A DNA stretch of 64,000 nt from Bacteroidales bacterium (lineage in GTDB: Bacteria; Bacteroidota; Bacteroidia; Bacteroidales; NBLH01). The stretch's first letter is position 1. Each line of letters opens with the position of its first letter. The position numbers and the translations under genes were made by a program. This document shows positions 8,737 to 18,618 of this stretch, piece by piece. The stretch spans positions 11,529 through 75,528 of the forward strand of contig JAFGWC010000047.1 of assembly GCA_016937695.1 (NCBI GenBank), read 5' to 3'. The notes below the pieces were generated by a model that saw only the letters and a list, made by a program, of their open reading frames with translations, did no database searches and was not told the origin of the DNA.

Positions 8737-11700
8737 TTAAAAATCAAGATTTAAACCTAACATAAAAGTTCGAGAACGAGGGTAAAAGTTATTATCTATA
8801 CCACCATCAACTTCTGGGTCTAAACCGGAATATTTTGTTATTGTAAATACATTTACGACAACAAAGCTCACTCTACCTTTTACCTTAGAAGCAAATATAT
8901 CTTTAAAGTTATATCCTAAGCTCATATTATCCATTTTAAAGAATGAAGCATTCTCAACATAGAAATCTGAAAAGTACTGAGAGTTGTTAAAATTAGTTTC
9001 AGAAATAGCACTAGGTAAGCTTCTCCAATATGCGTTATTATATAAGTTACCGTAAAATGCTTCAGAAGCGATATTATTATATGCATAATTACCCAAACTT
9101 AGTCTTCCCGAAAATGAAAAATCAAAGTCTTTATATGCAAATCTACTTGAGATTCCAATTAAGTAATCAGGTGTAGGACTCTTATATCTGTAAAAGTTAT
9201 TTAAATTTCCATCAACACTTCCTGTTTCGCCAGATAAATTAACATATGCACCTTCAACAGGCATACCATTTTCATCATAAACTTGTTGTAAAACAAAGAA
9301 TGAATTTGCTGGATAACCAACACTATTAATTTGGATGTTATTACCAGTTCCACCAGAAATTCCACCTGCTTGTACTCCAATATAAGTTGGATCGTCAGTT
9401 TTTAAAAGTTTTGTGATTTCATTTTTATTGTAAGTAAAATTTATACCTACATTCCAACTAAAATTATTGGTGACAATAGCTCGTCCATTTAATTCAATCT
9501 CAACACCTTTATTTTCTAGGCTACCAACATTTGTTGTCAAATAGTTAGAAAAATTGCTTCCGTTAGCAATTGCAATATTATTGATTAAATCATTAGTAAC
9601 GCGTTTGTATATGTCAACAGAACCAGTAATTCTATTTTTTAAAATACCAAAATCTAAACCAATATTTTGAGTTGTAGTTTCTTCCCATTTAATATCTGGA
9701 TCATAAGCATTTGGTCTTAAAGTTTTAACAAAAATAGGTGTTCCATCAGGATTTGTACCAATTTGATACATTGCAGATTCTTCACTGGAAAGTCTATATG
9801 TACCTAAAGCCGGATAATCATTATTAGTGATGTCTTGCTGTCCTGTAATACCCCAACCCAATCTTAATTTTAAAGCGCTAACAAATTTTACATTTGCCAT
9901 AAATTTCTCTTCATCAATTGACCATGCTGCTGCAAGAGATGGAAAAAGTCCCCATTTGTTATCCCCTATAAACTTCGACGAACCATCTTGACGTAAAGTT
10001 GCAGTTAATAAATAACGCCCTAAAAGATTATAATTTAGTCTGCCAAAAAATGAAACAAGATAATTTTCAGTTTCATAGCTTGAGTTTTGTGCCACAATTA
10101 ATTCAGTAGCACTAGGATTTGTTGCATCAACAACACTTCTATTATATAAACTTCCTTTTCTCCAATAATGTTGCCATGAATAACCTGCTGTAAAATCAAC
10201 ATTGTGAATTCCAAATTCTTTTTTATAATTAAAATAGAAATCAATTAACTCATTTTTTGTTTCTTGATTTTGATCTTGAATTTGTCCATATTGAGAACGT
10301 CTAGTCCAAACTGCAATAGTATCAACATAAATTGATCCTGTACTTTTTGTTGCATCAATACCAGCATTAAAATTTGCAGAAAGACCTTCTAAGAAAGGAA
10401 TTTTATAATCAACTTGCAAATTAGTAGCTCCCCTGTATACTTCTCCTTTATTATCAGTTAAATCAAGCATTGCAACAGGATTAGAAGCGGCAAGCTGGTT
10501 GTATTCACCATTTGGCTCACCATCTTGAGTCCATGTATAATATCCGCCATAGCGACTATTATTATTATTAACAGGTTGTGTAGGATCAAAAGCAACAGCT
10601 CCGCCTACGGCGCCGGTATTATTGAAATTACTTTTTGAATAAGAACCTTTACCATTAAAATTAATCTGTAAAGTATTGTCTAAAAAACTTGGATTCGCAT
10701 TAATACTTGTTGAATATCTGTTCATATCCGTTTTCTTTACAATACCGTTTTCATTTGAATAGCCTAATGAAACTCTGTAAGGAATATCATAAGCTTTACC
10801 AGACAAACTTAAATTATGACCTGTAGAAACAGAAGTTCTATATATTTGATCCTGCCAATCAGTATTTTCCGCACCAAGTCTAGATAATCCATCAAATGTT
10901 ATATTGTTTGTACCAAGTTTATCATAAGCTAAAGCTCTAAACTCATCACCTGTTAAAACATCCATTAATTTAGGAGCATAACTTAATGAAACATTACCAT
11001 TATAATTAATTTTCATTTTATCTGAACTACTCTTTTTAGTAGTTATTATTATTACACCATTTGATGCTCTTGAACCATATATTGCAGCAGCAGAAGCATC
11101 TTTTAATATAGTAAATGATTCAATATCATTTGGATTAATAAATGATAAAGGATTAGCTATCCCATCAATACTTTGATTACTTATTGGAATACCATCAATA
11201 ATTATTAATGGATCATTACTAGCAGATAAAGATGATCCGCCTCTGATTCTTATTTTTGAACCAGAACCGGGTGCTCCATTATTTGTAGTAATAACAACAC
11301 CGGCAGCTTTGCCCATTAATAAGTCCTGTGGCGAAGTAATGACTCCTTGATTAAAATCTTTAGATGTAATTGCACTAACAGATCCAGTAGCATCTTCTTT
11401 TTTAACAGTTCCATATCCAACAACAACAACCTCACCTAAACCAACATCAGAAGCTTTCAATTGAACAGCAATAAAATTAGAGGTCCCAATTGATAATTCT
11501 TGTTTTTCATAACCAATATAAGAAAAAATTAAAATATTAGCATCTATTGCCTGAATTTTAAAATTTCCATCAATATCAGTTATGGTACCAGTTGAAGTAC
11601 CTTTAATTGTAATATTAACCCCGGGAATGGGCATACCATCACCAGCATCTTTAACTTGACCTGAAATTTCTCGCTGCTGTCCATACATTACATTTGTAAT

Positions 11701-11757
11701 GACAGCCATAGCAAAAAACAACAAAAGTCGTTTAAACATACCATAAAAATTTTTCAT
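8737..11757 (-). CDS. susC: SusC/RagA-family TonB-dependent outer-membrane transporter
   Basis: The signal peptide ends YG|QQ. It has a carboxypeptidase-regulatory-like N-domain (ISGQVKD..GVNITIKGT..TDIDGNF), the GYGT TonB-box/plug region, ~1000 aa in total and a C-terminal aromatic residue (F). Confidence 0.9.
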   Translation of the reverse strand: MKNFYGMFKRLLLFFAMAVITNVMYGQQREISGQVKDAGDGMPIPGVNITIKGTSTGTITDIDGNFKIQAIDANILIFSYIGYEKQELSIGTSNFIAVQLKASDVGLGEVVVVGYGTVKKEDATGSVSAITSKDFNQGVITSPQDLLMGKAAGVVITTNNGAPGSGSKIRIRGGSSLSASNDPLIIIDGIPISNQSIDGIANPLSFINPNDIESFTILKDASAAAIYGSRASNGVIIITTKKSSSDKMKINYNGNVSLSYAPKLMDVLTGDEFRALAYDKLGTNNITFDGLSRLGAENTDWQDQIYRTSVSTGHNLSLSGKAYDIPYRVSLGYSNENGIVKKTDMNRYSTSINANPSFLDNTLQINFNGKGSYSKSNFNNTGAVGGAVAFDPTQPVNNNNSRYGGYYTWTQDGEPNGEYNQLAASNPVAMLDLTDNKGEVYRGATNLQVDYKIPFLEGLSANFNAGIDATKSTGSIYVDTIAVWTRRSQYGQIQDQNQETKNELIDFYFNYKKEFGIHNVDFTAGYSWQHYWRKGSLYNRSVVDATNPSATELIVAQNSSYETENYLVSFFGRLNYNLLGRYLLTATLRQDGSSKFIGDNKWGLFPSLAAAWSIDEEKFMANVKFVSALKLRLGWGITGQQDITNNDYPALGTYRLSSEESAMYQIGTNPDGTPIFVKTLRPNAYDPDIKWEETTTQNIGLDFGILKNRITGSVDIYKRVTNDLINNIAIANGSNFSNYLTTNVGSLENKGVEIELNGRAIVTNNFSWNVGINFTYNKNEITKLLKTDDPTYIGVQAGGISGGTGNNIQINSVGYPANSFFVLQQVYDENGMPVEGAYVNLSGETGSVDGNLNNFYRYKSPTPDYLIGISSRFAYKDFDFSFSGRLSLGNYAYNNIASEAFYGNLYNNAYWRSLPSAISETNFNNSQYFSDFYVENASFFKMDNMSLGYNFKDIFASKVKGRVSFVVVNVFTITKYSGLDPEVDGGIDNNFYPRSRTFMLGLNLDF

Positions 11758-11896
11758 TTCTTTTTAAATTTTTAGTTAGAAATAATTGAAAATTGATAAA
11801 TTAAAATTTAATTCTCTTAGGTTAAATTAACATTATCAAAAAAAAAATAGTTATTATATAATATAAATTATGCTTTTTTAACAAATTTTTACATTT

Positions 11897-11904
11897 CAAA
11901 CCTA
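11897..11904 (-). promoter_or_regulatory. Candidate Bacteroidota -7 promoter box (TAGGTTTG) for susC
   Basis: A perfect TAnnTTTG on the minus strand ~140 nt upstream of the susC ATG. No convincing -33 TTTG was seen. Confidence 0.3.
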
Positions 11905-11970
11905 AAAAAAAAAAGAATAAGTGCTGATAATTTTAACATTAAAGAAGCAAAAACTTAACGCAAACGAAAC

Positions 11971-11984
11971 CGCAATCGTTTGCA
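11971..11984. promoter_or_regulatory. LacI-type palindromic operator candidate (CGCAATCGTTTGCA) in the susC / lacI-family divergent region
   Basis: A 14-bp CG-centred palindrome matching the two sites upstream of the MFS operon. An extra half-site GCAAACG lies at 11960-11966, so GCAAACGA(8 nt)TCGTTTGC also forms an 8-bp inverted repeat. Confidence 0.5.
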
Positions 11985-12025
11985 TTTTTTTATAGAAATT
12001 TTATAAATCAATAATTATTTTAGTA

Positions 12026-12072
12026 TATTGTAAATAATAGCTTACAATACTTGAAAATATTTGATTTTCAAG
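12026..12072. repeat. Two adjacent inverted repeats (TATTGTAA-8-TTACAATA; CTTGAAAAT-5-ATTTTCAAG) upstream of the LacI-family gene
   Basis: Read directly from the sequence: 12026-12033/12042-12049 and 12050-12058/12064-12072. Confidence 0.6.
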
Positions 12073-12227
12073 TTCAAATAATAATTTTATCTGTTTGATT
12101 ATCTGATTATTACAACTCAAAAATTTATATTTATCAGATTTTGAACAATTTACAAACTTAGATGTATATTATTTTGTTTTCAATTAAAATTATATCTAAT
12201 TTAGTAAACTGCCAGTTTAAGACTAAT

Positions 12228-13250
12228 ATGAAAAAAAGACAGATTACAATTAAAGATATTGCAAAGGAACTTGGAATTTCTCCTTCTACAGTATCAAGAG
12301 CGCTTAAAGACCATCCTGATATCAGTATAAAAACTAAACTTGCAGTTAATGAATTGGCAACTAAGCTAAGTTATAAACCAAATGAAGTTGCACTGAGTTT
12401 AAGAAATAGTAAGAGCAACATTATTGGCGTAATTATTCCTGAACTAATACACCATTTTTTTTCTTCAGTTATAAGTGGAATAGATGATTTAGCATATTCA
12501 AACGGTTATAGTGTTATGATAGCCCAATCTAATGAGAACTATCTTAGAGAAGTTAAAGAAACTCAAGTTATGTATTCAAGTAGAGTTGCTGGTTTATTGG
12601 TTTCAGTTTCTAAGGAGACAAAGGATTTTGATCATTTTAGAAGCCTTGAAGCTAACGGACTTCCAATTGTTTTTTTTGATAGAGTTTGTAAAGAAATGAA
12701 AATTGATAAAGTAGTTGTTGATGATTTTGAAGGCGCTTATAAAGCTGTAGAATATCTTATAAAGACAGGTTGCAAAAAAATTGTTCATTTTGGAGCATCT
12801 CAGCACCTTATGATAGGCAGAAACAGGCAAAATGGTTATTTACATGCATTATTCAAATATGGTATTCCTATTGATGATAATTTGATTTTTAAATGCGATG
12901 ATTATGATGATTCCTGGTATTTAACTGAAAAACTTATAAAATCAGGGAATATCCCTGATGCTATTTTCGCTGTAAATGATGCTACCGCAATTGGTGCTCT
13001 TCAAGCTATTAGACATAATGGACTGAGAGTTCCTGAAGATATATCAATAATTGGATTTACTAATGGAAAAATTTCTACAATGACTGAACCGCCTCTTACA
13101 ACAATTGATCAACATGGATATGAAATGGGCCAAATTGCTGTAAGATTATTATTAAACAGATTAGAAAAAGAAGAAGAAGACTATGTGCCTGAAACTAAAG
13201 TTATTAAAACAGATTTAATAATTAGAAAATCAACACTTCCACTAAAATAA
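12228..13250 (+). CDS. LacI/GalR-family transcriptional regulator (likely maltodextrin regulator of this locus)
   Basis: The N-terminal HTH is MKKRQITIKDIAKELGISPSTVSRALKD, with a periplasmic-binding-protein-like core. The start is moved to the ATG at 12228, because the 22-aa extension from 12162 is hydrophobic and atypical. Confidence 0.9.
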   Translation: MKKRQITIKDIAKELGISPSTVSRALKDHPDISIKTKLAVNELATKLSYKPNEVALSLRNSKSNIIGVIIPELIHHFFSSVISGIDDLAYSNGYSVMIAQSNENYLREVKETQVMYSSRVAGLLVSVSKETKDFDHFRSLEANGLPIVFFDRVCKEMKIDKVVVDDFEGAYKAVEYLIKTGCKKIVHFGASQHLMIGRNRQNGYLHALFKYGIPIDDNLIFKCDDYDDSWYLTEKLIKSGNIPDAIFAVNDATAIGALQAIRHNGLRVPEDISIIGFTNGKISTMTEPPLTTIDQHGYEMGQIAVRLLLNRLEKEEEDYVPETKVIKTDLIIRKSTLPLK

Positions 13251-13586
13251 TAAAGCAATTTATATTTATCAAATTAGAAAAAATTATTACTAACCAAGGT
13301 TAAATATAATAAAAAGATAAATTAACAAATTCTTATATTGTTAAAAAGATTCAACCTGCTCAATTATTTTATTGTTAAGTTATTTAAATTCAGAGATATA
13401 ACAATAATAAAGTTTAACTGATTAATAATAATCTCATCACAAATTAAGAATAATAACGAAATAAATTCAATTATAATAAATAGAGCTCCGTTTAATAATA
13501 AAATAGTGTTTAATCTGCAATAAGTTTAATTCAAAAAAATTAAAAACCAATCATTTTTTGTAAAAATCCGCTATCAATAAAAATTT

Positions 13587-13600
13587 CGTAAACGTTTGCA
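13587..13600. promoter_or_regulatory. LacI-type operator candidate (CGTAAACGTTTGCA)
   Basis: A CG-centred near-palindrome in the 606-nt non-coding region upstream of the MFS/pgmB/GH65 operon. Confidence 0.5.
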
Positions 13601-13663
13601 ATTTTACAATTAAAATTAAAAATAAAAATAAACAAATTTATTTTAAAATTAATTAAATTTTGA

Positions 13664-13677
13664 TGCAAACGTTTGAA
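13664..13677. promoter_or_regulatory. LacI-type operator candidate (TGCAAACGTTTGAA)
   Basis: A near-perfect 14-bp palindrome 77 nt downstream of the first site. It shares the consensus yGcAAaCGTTTGcA with 11971 and 13587. Confidence 0.55.
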
Positions 13678-13724
13678 ACAATATTTTCAGCTTAAAATCA
13701 TTAATTATCAATAGGTTTTAATTG

Positions 13725-13764
13725 AAAAACTAATTTCACAAATTTGGAAATTAGTTTTTTTTTT
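13725..13764 (+). terminator. Strong intrinsic terminator-like hairpin inside the leader of the MFS operon
   Basis: A 13-bp perfect stem AAAAACTAATTTC / GAAATTAGTTTTT with a 9-nt loop, followed by a T-run. It lies ~90 nt upstream of the ATG at 13857 and downstream of both operator candidates. Confidence 0.65.
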
Positions 13765-13856
13765 CATTATTTGGTTGTCTCTCTTGGGTTAAATTTCATT
13801 ACAAAAATACTAATACATAAGTAAAACATTTCATACTTATTGTAAACTTCATATTT

Positions 13857-15557
13857 ATGACAATTAAACAAAAAAAACAGCTCAATTTCTGGCAGATATG
13901 GAATATGAGTTTTGGATTTCTAGGAATTCAATTTGGTTTTGCATTGCAAAATGCAAATGTTAGTAGAATTTTTGAGACTTTAGGTGCAAAAATTGAAGAT
14001 ATTCCAATATTATGGATTGCAGCACCTGTAACCGGCTTAATAATTCAGCCAATAATTGGCCATATGAGCGACAATACATGGGGAAAATTAGGTAGAAGAA
14101 GGCCATATTTTTTATTTGGTGCTATATTCGCTTCATTAGCATTACTTATAATGCCAAACTCGCCTACATTATGGATAGCTGCCGGAATGCTTTGGATAAT
14201 GGATGCATCAATAAATATATCAATGGAGCCATTTAGGGCATTTGTTGGCGATATGCTACCTTCAAAACAAAGAACAACCGGTTTTGCAATGCAAAGTTTC
14301 TTTATTGGTACAGGTGCAGTTGTAGCTTCATCCTTACCATATATTCTGACAAATTGGTTTGGTTTTGAAACTGTTTCTGAAAATGGGAATATTCCTCAAT
14401 CGGTTAAGTGGTCTTTTTATATTGGCGCCATAATATTTATTCTTTCAATATTATGGACTGTGTTTAGAACTAAAGAATATACACCGGAAGAACTTGCAGA
14501 ATTTAATGAAATTACATCTTCAGATGTAGAAAAAGGTGCAAATTCGAAAAAGTTAATTTATAATAAAATTGGTTTCGCTTCAATAGGAATTGGTTTAGTT
14601 CTGACTTTATTAATTACATATTTAAATTATGAAAGAGAACTATTTATTTTATCCTTGGGTTTATTATTATTTGGAATAACCGAAATTATTGCCGGCCAAC
14701 TTTCTAAAAACGATAAAAAAAGTGGCTTTATTGAAATAATAACTGATTTCAATTCAATGCCCAAAACAATGATTCAATTAGCTTTTGTTCAATTTTTTTC
14801 ATGGTTTGCATTGTTTGCAATGTGGATTTATACTACTTCAGGAGTAACATCTCATATATATGAAATGAAAGCAGATTCAGAATTAATCAATCAATTAGAA
14901 AATGCTTTAATCCAACAAGATATAACAAAATCAAGTAAAGAAGTATTTGAGATAAAATCTGATTTAGAAAGCTATAAAAATGAATTAGAAAAAAAATCTG
15001 AAGTTACATTAAGTATGAAAATAGTTAATTATTATCTAAATAATAATGAGACACTTGACGAAAAATCAATTTCCAAAATAAAAGAAATTGATAAGCAATA
15101 TAATTTAGGTGCAAATTGGGTTGGTGTATGTTTTTCAATTTATAATGGAGCAGCTGCAGTTTTTGCATTTCTCCTAATGTTTATGGCAAAAATAACCAAT
15201 AGAAAAATAACTCACTCAATTTCGCTTTTAGTTGGTGGAATAAGTTTGGCTTCAATTTATTTAATAAACGATCCTAAATTTTTATTAATCCCTTTTATTG
15301 GAATAGGATTGGCTTGGGCTAGCATTTTAGCAATGCCATATGCAATATTAACTGGCTCATTACCAGCAAATAAAATGGGAACTTATATGGGAATTTTTAA
15401 TTTCTTTATTGTTATTCCTCAAATTTTAGCCGCCAGCTTATTAGGTTTTTTTATTAAACAAATTTTTAACAGTCAGGCGATTTACGCACTTATTTTAGGT
15501 GGTATTTCAATGTTTATTGCTGCAATTCTGGTTGTATTTGTAAATGATAATAACTAA
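13857..15557 (+). CDS. MFS (GPH/SLC45-like) sugar:cation symporter, probable maltose/maltodextrin permease
   Basis: It has 12 hydrophobic segments and the N-terminal FWQIWNMSFGFLGIQFGFALQ...GHMSD..W...GRRRPYF motif typical of this family. It is the first gene of an operon with pgmB and GH65, and carries a ~85-aa hydrophilic central insert. Confidence 0.8.
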   Translation: MTIKQKKQLNFWQIWNMSFGFLGIQFGFALQNANVSRIFETLGAKIEDIPILWIAAPVTGLIIQPIIGHMSDNTWGKLGRRRPYFLFGAIFASLALLIMPNSPTLWIAAGMLWIMDASINISMEPFRAFVGDMLPSKQRTTGFAMQSFFIGTGAVVASSLPYILTNWFGFETVSENGNIPQSVKWSFYIGAIIFILSILWTVFRTKEYTPEELAEFNEITSSDVEKGANSKKLIYNKIGFASIGIGLVLTLLITYLNYERELFILSLGLLLFGITEIIAGQLSKNDKKSGFIEIITDFNSMPKTMIQLAFVQFFSWFALFAMWIYTTSGVTSHIYEMKADSELINQLENALIQQDITKSSKEVFEIKSDLESYKNELEKKSEVTLSMKIVNYYLNNNETLDEKSISKIKEIDKQYNLGANWVGVCFSIYNGAAAVFAFLLMFMAKITNRKITHSISLLVGGISLASIYLINDPKFLLIPFIGIGLAWASILAMPYAILTGSLPANKMGTYMGIFNFFIVIPQILAASLLGFFIKQIFNSQAIYALILGGISMFIAAILVVFVNDNN

Positions 15558-15617
15558 TAAATATCGAAGTATAATTTTTACAATTGTTAACAATTAGAGT
15601 ATAAATTAAAAAAATAA

Positions 15618-16265
15618 ATGAAAATTGAAGCTTGCATATTTGACCTTGATGGAGTTATTGTTGATACAGCAAAATATCATTATTTAGCATGGGAAAAACT
15701 GGCAAAAGAATTAGGATTTAACTTTTCTAAAAAAGATAACGAAAGACTAAAAGGTGTTTCAAGAATGCGTTCTTTAGATATTCTTTTGGAAATTGGAAAT
15801 CTGAATTTAAACAATTCTGAAAAAATAGAATTAGCTAAAAAAAAGAATAGCTGGTATGTCGAATATATTTCAAAAATGACTCCGGAAGAAATTTTACCTG
15901 GCGTGGTTTCTTTTCTTAAATCGCTAAAAGATAATGGTATAAAAACAGCTATTGGCTCTGCAAGTAAAAATGCACTTACCATTATAGAAAGAACCGACTT
16001 ATTAAAATATTTTGACACCATAATTGATGGAAATAAAGTGTCAGAAGCAAAGCCAAATCCGGAAGTATTTCTGAAAGCAGCTAAAGAGCTAAACATCAAA
16101 ATCGAAAATAGTATTGTTTTTGAAGATGCAAAGGCTGGAATTGAAGCTGCAAAAAATGGAGGATTTTATTGCATAGGAATTGGTTCAGCAGATATTCTCT
16201 ATAAAGCAAACAGAGTTATTCCTGATTTCAAAAATTTCACAATTGCTAATTTAGCTGTATTATAA
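15618..16265 (+). CDS. pgmB: Beta-phosphoglucomutase (HAD superfamily)
   Basis: It has the FDLDGVIVDT nucleophile motif, GSASKN and FEDAKAGIEAA, is ~215 aa, and sits adjacent to the GH65 phosphorylase. Confidence 0.85.
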   Translation: MKIEACIFDLDGVIVDTAKYHYLAWEKLAKELGFNFSKKDNERLKGVSRMRSLDILLEIGNLNLNNSEKIELAKKKNSWYVEYISKMTPEEILPGVVSFLKSLKDNGIKTAIGSASKNALTIIERTDLLKYFDTIIDGNKVSEAKPNPEVFLKAAKELNIKIENSIVFEDAKAGIEAAKNGGFYCIGIGSADILYKANRVIPDFKNFTIANLAVL

Positions 16266-16297
16266 GTAACTTATAATAAATGAATTAAAATAAAAAG

Positions 16298-18607
16298 ATG
16301 GATACATATTACAAATTAGATGAATGGAACATAATCGAAGAAGGATTTGATCCTGATCACCATAAAGCATCTGAAAGTATTTTTAGTATTGGAAATGGCA
16401 GATTTGGACAAAGAGCTAATTTTGAAGAAAATTACACAGGCCAAAGCCTTCAAGGAAATTATATTGCAGGCGTTTATTATCCAGATAAAACAAGAGTTGG
16501 CTGGTGGAAAAACGGATATCCAGAATATTTTGCAAAAGTATTAAATGCTGCAAATTGGATAGGAATTAATATCATTATTAATGGGCAGGAGCTTGATTTA
16601 CATAAATGTAAAATAGACAGCTTCAAACGTATACTTAACATGAAAGAAGGCTTTTTAGAAAGATTATTTACAGCCACTCTTGAAAATGGAAATAAGATAA
16701 AAGTACATGTAAAAAGATTTATTAGCCTTGCTGATAATCAAATAGCTGCAATTAAGTATTCTATTACACCTATAAATTTTGATGGAGAAATAACTTTTAT
16801 ACCATATATAGACGTTGATATTAAAAATGAAGATTCTAATTATGATGAAAAATTCTGGACTGAAGTTGAAAAAGAAAGCCTTTTAAAAGAAGGATATATT
16901 ATAGCTCGAACTAAAAAAACAAAGTTTCATGTTTGCACTGGTATGGTTTTTAATATTACCCAAGATCATGTTAGCGTTGATTTTAGCTCAGAATCTATTG
17001 AGAAAAAGAAATGTGTTGCCAACAAAACGACAATTAAATGTAAAAAAGATCAGGAAACTGTTATATACAAATATGTAGCAAACTTAACATCTGAATATCA
17101 TAAAAAGAAGAAACTTTTAACAAAAACTAAAAAATGTGTAAAAGATGCTGCAGATATAGGTTTCGAAATTTTATTAAATAATCAAATAAATGCTTGGAAA
17201 GAAAAATGGAAAGAAAGTGATATTATTATAGAAGGTGATATTTCAGCTCAACAAGGCATTAGATTTAATATTTTTCAATTAAACCAAACATACACCGGCG
17301 ACGATCCAAGGCTAAATATTGGTCCAAAAGGATTTACAGGAGAAAAATATGGTGGCAGTACATATTGGGATACTGAAGCTTATTGTTTGCCATTTTATCT
17401 TAGCACTGCAGATAATAATGTTGCCAGAAACTTGCTTAAATACAGATACAATCATCTTGAAAAAGCAATCGAAAATGCTGAAAAACTAGGCTTTACTGAC
17501 AATGCAGCACTTTATCCAATGGTAACGATGAATGGAGAAGAATGCCATAACGAATGGGAAATAACATTTGAGGAAATTCATAGAAACGGTGCTATGGCTT
17601 ATGCAATTTATAACTACATAAATTATACAGGCGATAGTTCTTATCTTGCCGATTATGGACTAGAAGTATTAATTGCAATATCAAAATTTTGGGCACAAAG
17701 AGTAAATTATTCCAATAATAAAAAACAGTATGTAATTCTTGGTGTTACAGGACCAAACGAATATGAAAATAACGTAAATAATAATTGGTATACAAATTAT
17801 ATTGCAAGTTGGACATTAAAATACACTCTTGAAAGCATTGAATTTGTAAAAAAATCATCACCTGAAAATTATAAAAGGATAGTTGAAAAATGGAATTTTA
17901 ACGAAGCAAAAGAAAAAGAATATTGGAAAGATATTATTGCTAAAATGTACTTACCAAAAGATGAAAATCTGAATATTATTTTGCAACAAGATGGTTATTT
18001 AGACAAAGAACAAAATTTAACTAAGGATTTAGATATAAACATAAGACCAATAAACCAAAACTGGTCATGGGACAAAATCTTGCGTTCAGTTTTTATTAAA
18101 CAGGCAGATGTATTACAAGGCATTTTTCTTTTTGAAAAAGACTTTGACAATGAAACCATTACCAGAAATTTTAATTTTTATGAAGAAAGAACAGTTCATG
18201 AATCCTCTTTATCGGCATGTATACATTCAATTATTGCATCTAAAATAGGAAAACAAGATAAAGCGTATGAACTATATTTACAAACAGCCAGGCTTGATTT
18301 AGATGATTACAATAAAGAAGTTGATGAAGGATGCCATATAACAAGTATGGCTGGAACATGGATGTCAATTGTTAATGGATTTGGCGGCATAAGAGTTATT
18401 GATAACAAATTGCACTTAAATCCATATATTCCTAAACAATGGAAAAGCTATTCTTTTAAAATTAGATTTAGAGAACATCTTTTAAATATAAAAGTTACTA
18501 AAAAAGCTTTAGAAATTTATAATAATTCAGAAAATCATATTAATATATCAGTTAAAAATCAAGATATTAGAATAAATTCAGAAGAGAATTTAATATTATC
18601 ATTATAA
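16298..18607 (+). CDS. GH65 maltose (kojibiose-type) phosphorylase
   Basis: The protein is ~770 aa. The N-terminus WNIIEEGFDP..ESIFSIGNG..G.R and central GFTGEKYGGSTYWDTE / HESSLS motifs are characteristic of GH65. It is paired with pgmB. Confidence 0.85.
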   Translation: MDTYYKLDEWNIIEEGFDPDHHKASESIFSIGNGRFGQRANFEENYTGQSLQGNYIAGVYYPDKTRVGWWKNGYPEYFAKVLNAANWIGINIIINGQELDLHKCKIDSFKRILNMKEGFLERLFTATLENGNKIKVHVKRFISLADNQIAAIKYSITPINFDGEITFIPYIDVDIKNEDSNYDEKFWTEVEKESLLKEGYIIARTKKTKFHVCTGMVFNITQDHVSVDFSSESIEKKKCVANKTTIKCKKDQETVIYKYVANLTSEYHKKKKLLTKTKKCVKDAADIGFEILLNNQINAWKEKWKESDIIIEGDISAQQGIRFNIFQLNQTYTGDDPRLNIGPKGFTGEKYGGSTYWDTEAYCLPFYLSTADNNVARNLLKYRYNHLEKAIENAEKLGFTDNAALYPMVTMNGEECHNEWEITFEEIHRNGAMAYAIYNYINYTGDSSYLADYGLEVLIAISKFWAQRVNYSNNKKQYVILGVTGPNEYENNVNNNWYTNYIASWTLKYTLESIEFVKKSSPENYKRIVEKWNFNEAKEKEYWKDIIAKMYLPKDENLNIILQQDGYLDKEQNLTKDLDINIRPINQNWSWDKILRSVFIKQADVLQGIFLFEKDFDNETITRNFNFYEERTVHESSLSACIHSIIASKIGKQDKAYELYLQTARLDLDDYNKEVDEGCHITSMAGTWMSIVNGFGGIRVIDNKLHLNPYIPKQWKSYSFKIRFREHLLNIKVTKKALEIYNNSENHINISVKNQDIRINSEENLILSL

Positions 18608-18618
18608 ATTTAACAAAA

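Noticed and set aside
5992-12227. N-terminal extensions suggested by the ORF track for the SusF-like (to 6024), SusD (to 8747) and LacI-family (from 12162) genes.
   Set aside because: Internal Met codons give canonical lipoprotein signal peptides or the HTH N-terminus. The longer forms add atypical residues, and for SusD the longer form overlaps the susC stop.
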